Of a DNA stretch of 64,000 nt, positions 63,636 through 64,000 are shown one piece after another. Source of the DNA: Antedon mediterranea. Lineage: Eukaryota > Animalia > Echinodermata. The notes below the pieces were generated by a model. It did no database searches, was not told the origin of the DNA, and saw only the letters and a list, made by a program, of their open reading frames with translations. The translations under genes were made by a program, and so were the position numbers. The stretch spans positions 4,898,001-4,962,000 of the forward strand of contig NC_092671.1 in assembly GCF_964355755.1 (NCBI RefSeq), in the 5' to 3' direction. Each line of letters opens with the position of its first letter. Position 1 is the first letter of the stretch.

Positions 63636-64000
63636 TCAGGACAGTACCCATGAAAGTGCCAATTTATCAATATCACGGATGTTATTATGCTCAATATCAA
63701 GCTCTTGTAATTTTAACCTATTTGTTGAATACACCCTGATCATTACATTCATTATGTTACCTGATAGATTGCAATTATGCATGCTAAGTCTTAACAGCTT
63801 ATGAGACTTACTCAAGAAAGTACCAAGTAAAGTGCCATCAATGCCACTGATATCATTATTGTCTATATTAAGCACTTTTAATTCTAGCACATTTGTTGCA
63901 TACACCGTAATCATTTCATTCATTACGTCACCTGATAGATTACAAGAGTCCATGTCAAGTTCACTCAGCTTAGGAGACTTACTCAAGAAAGTACCAAGTA
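63636..64000 (-). CDS. 3' part of a leucine-rich-repeat protein (RI-like LRRs, NLR-like), open at the window edge
   Basis: Paired 28-aa LRRs (KLSELDMDSCNLSG / ELKVLNIDNNDISG) repeated with a 56-aa period; the frame stays open to position 64000. Confidence 0.75.
   Translation of the reverse strand, partial: LGTFLSKSPKLSELDMDSCNLSGDVMNEMITVYATNVLELKVLNIDNNDISGIDGTLLGTFLSKSHKLLRLSMHNCNLSGNIMNVMIRVYSTNRLKLQELDIEHNNIRDIDKLALSWVLS

Overview
AT-rich (~68% AT by eye) intron-rich animal genomic DNA, probably a marine invertebrate (echinoderm-like; low confidence). It holds two spliced genes arranged tail-to-tail. On the + strand is a Ca2+/calmodulin-dependent phosphodiesterase PDE1: 14 phase-consistent exons at 16596-36583, one GC-AG intron, and a possible upstream exon at 2500-2571. 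On the - strand is CASC3/MLN51/Barentsz: 11 exons at 57280-43842, ~1121 aa, with a SELOR/Btz domain and a 36-bp coding tandem repeat. The 3' end of an LRR (NLR-like) gene enters at the right edge. Introns and intergenic DNA are full of mobile DNA: a 2.8-kb almost fully palindromic Academ derivative, two Sola2-type elements flanking CASC3 exon 1, a Helentron/HINE, P-type, hAT-type and Harbinger-type MITEs, tRNA-SINEs and LINE tails. The most unusual signal is a layer of apparent transposon excision scars. TAGGCCTA/TAGGCTA is strongly over-represented and replaces a plain TA in several internal paralog alignments. There are also 27-41-bp TIR-only palindromes with 7-bp target duplications that resemble P-element excision footprints. 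No prokaryotic-type system (CRISPR etc.) is present. All calls come from manual reading; no database search was run.
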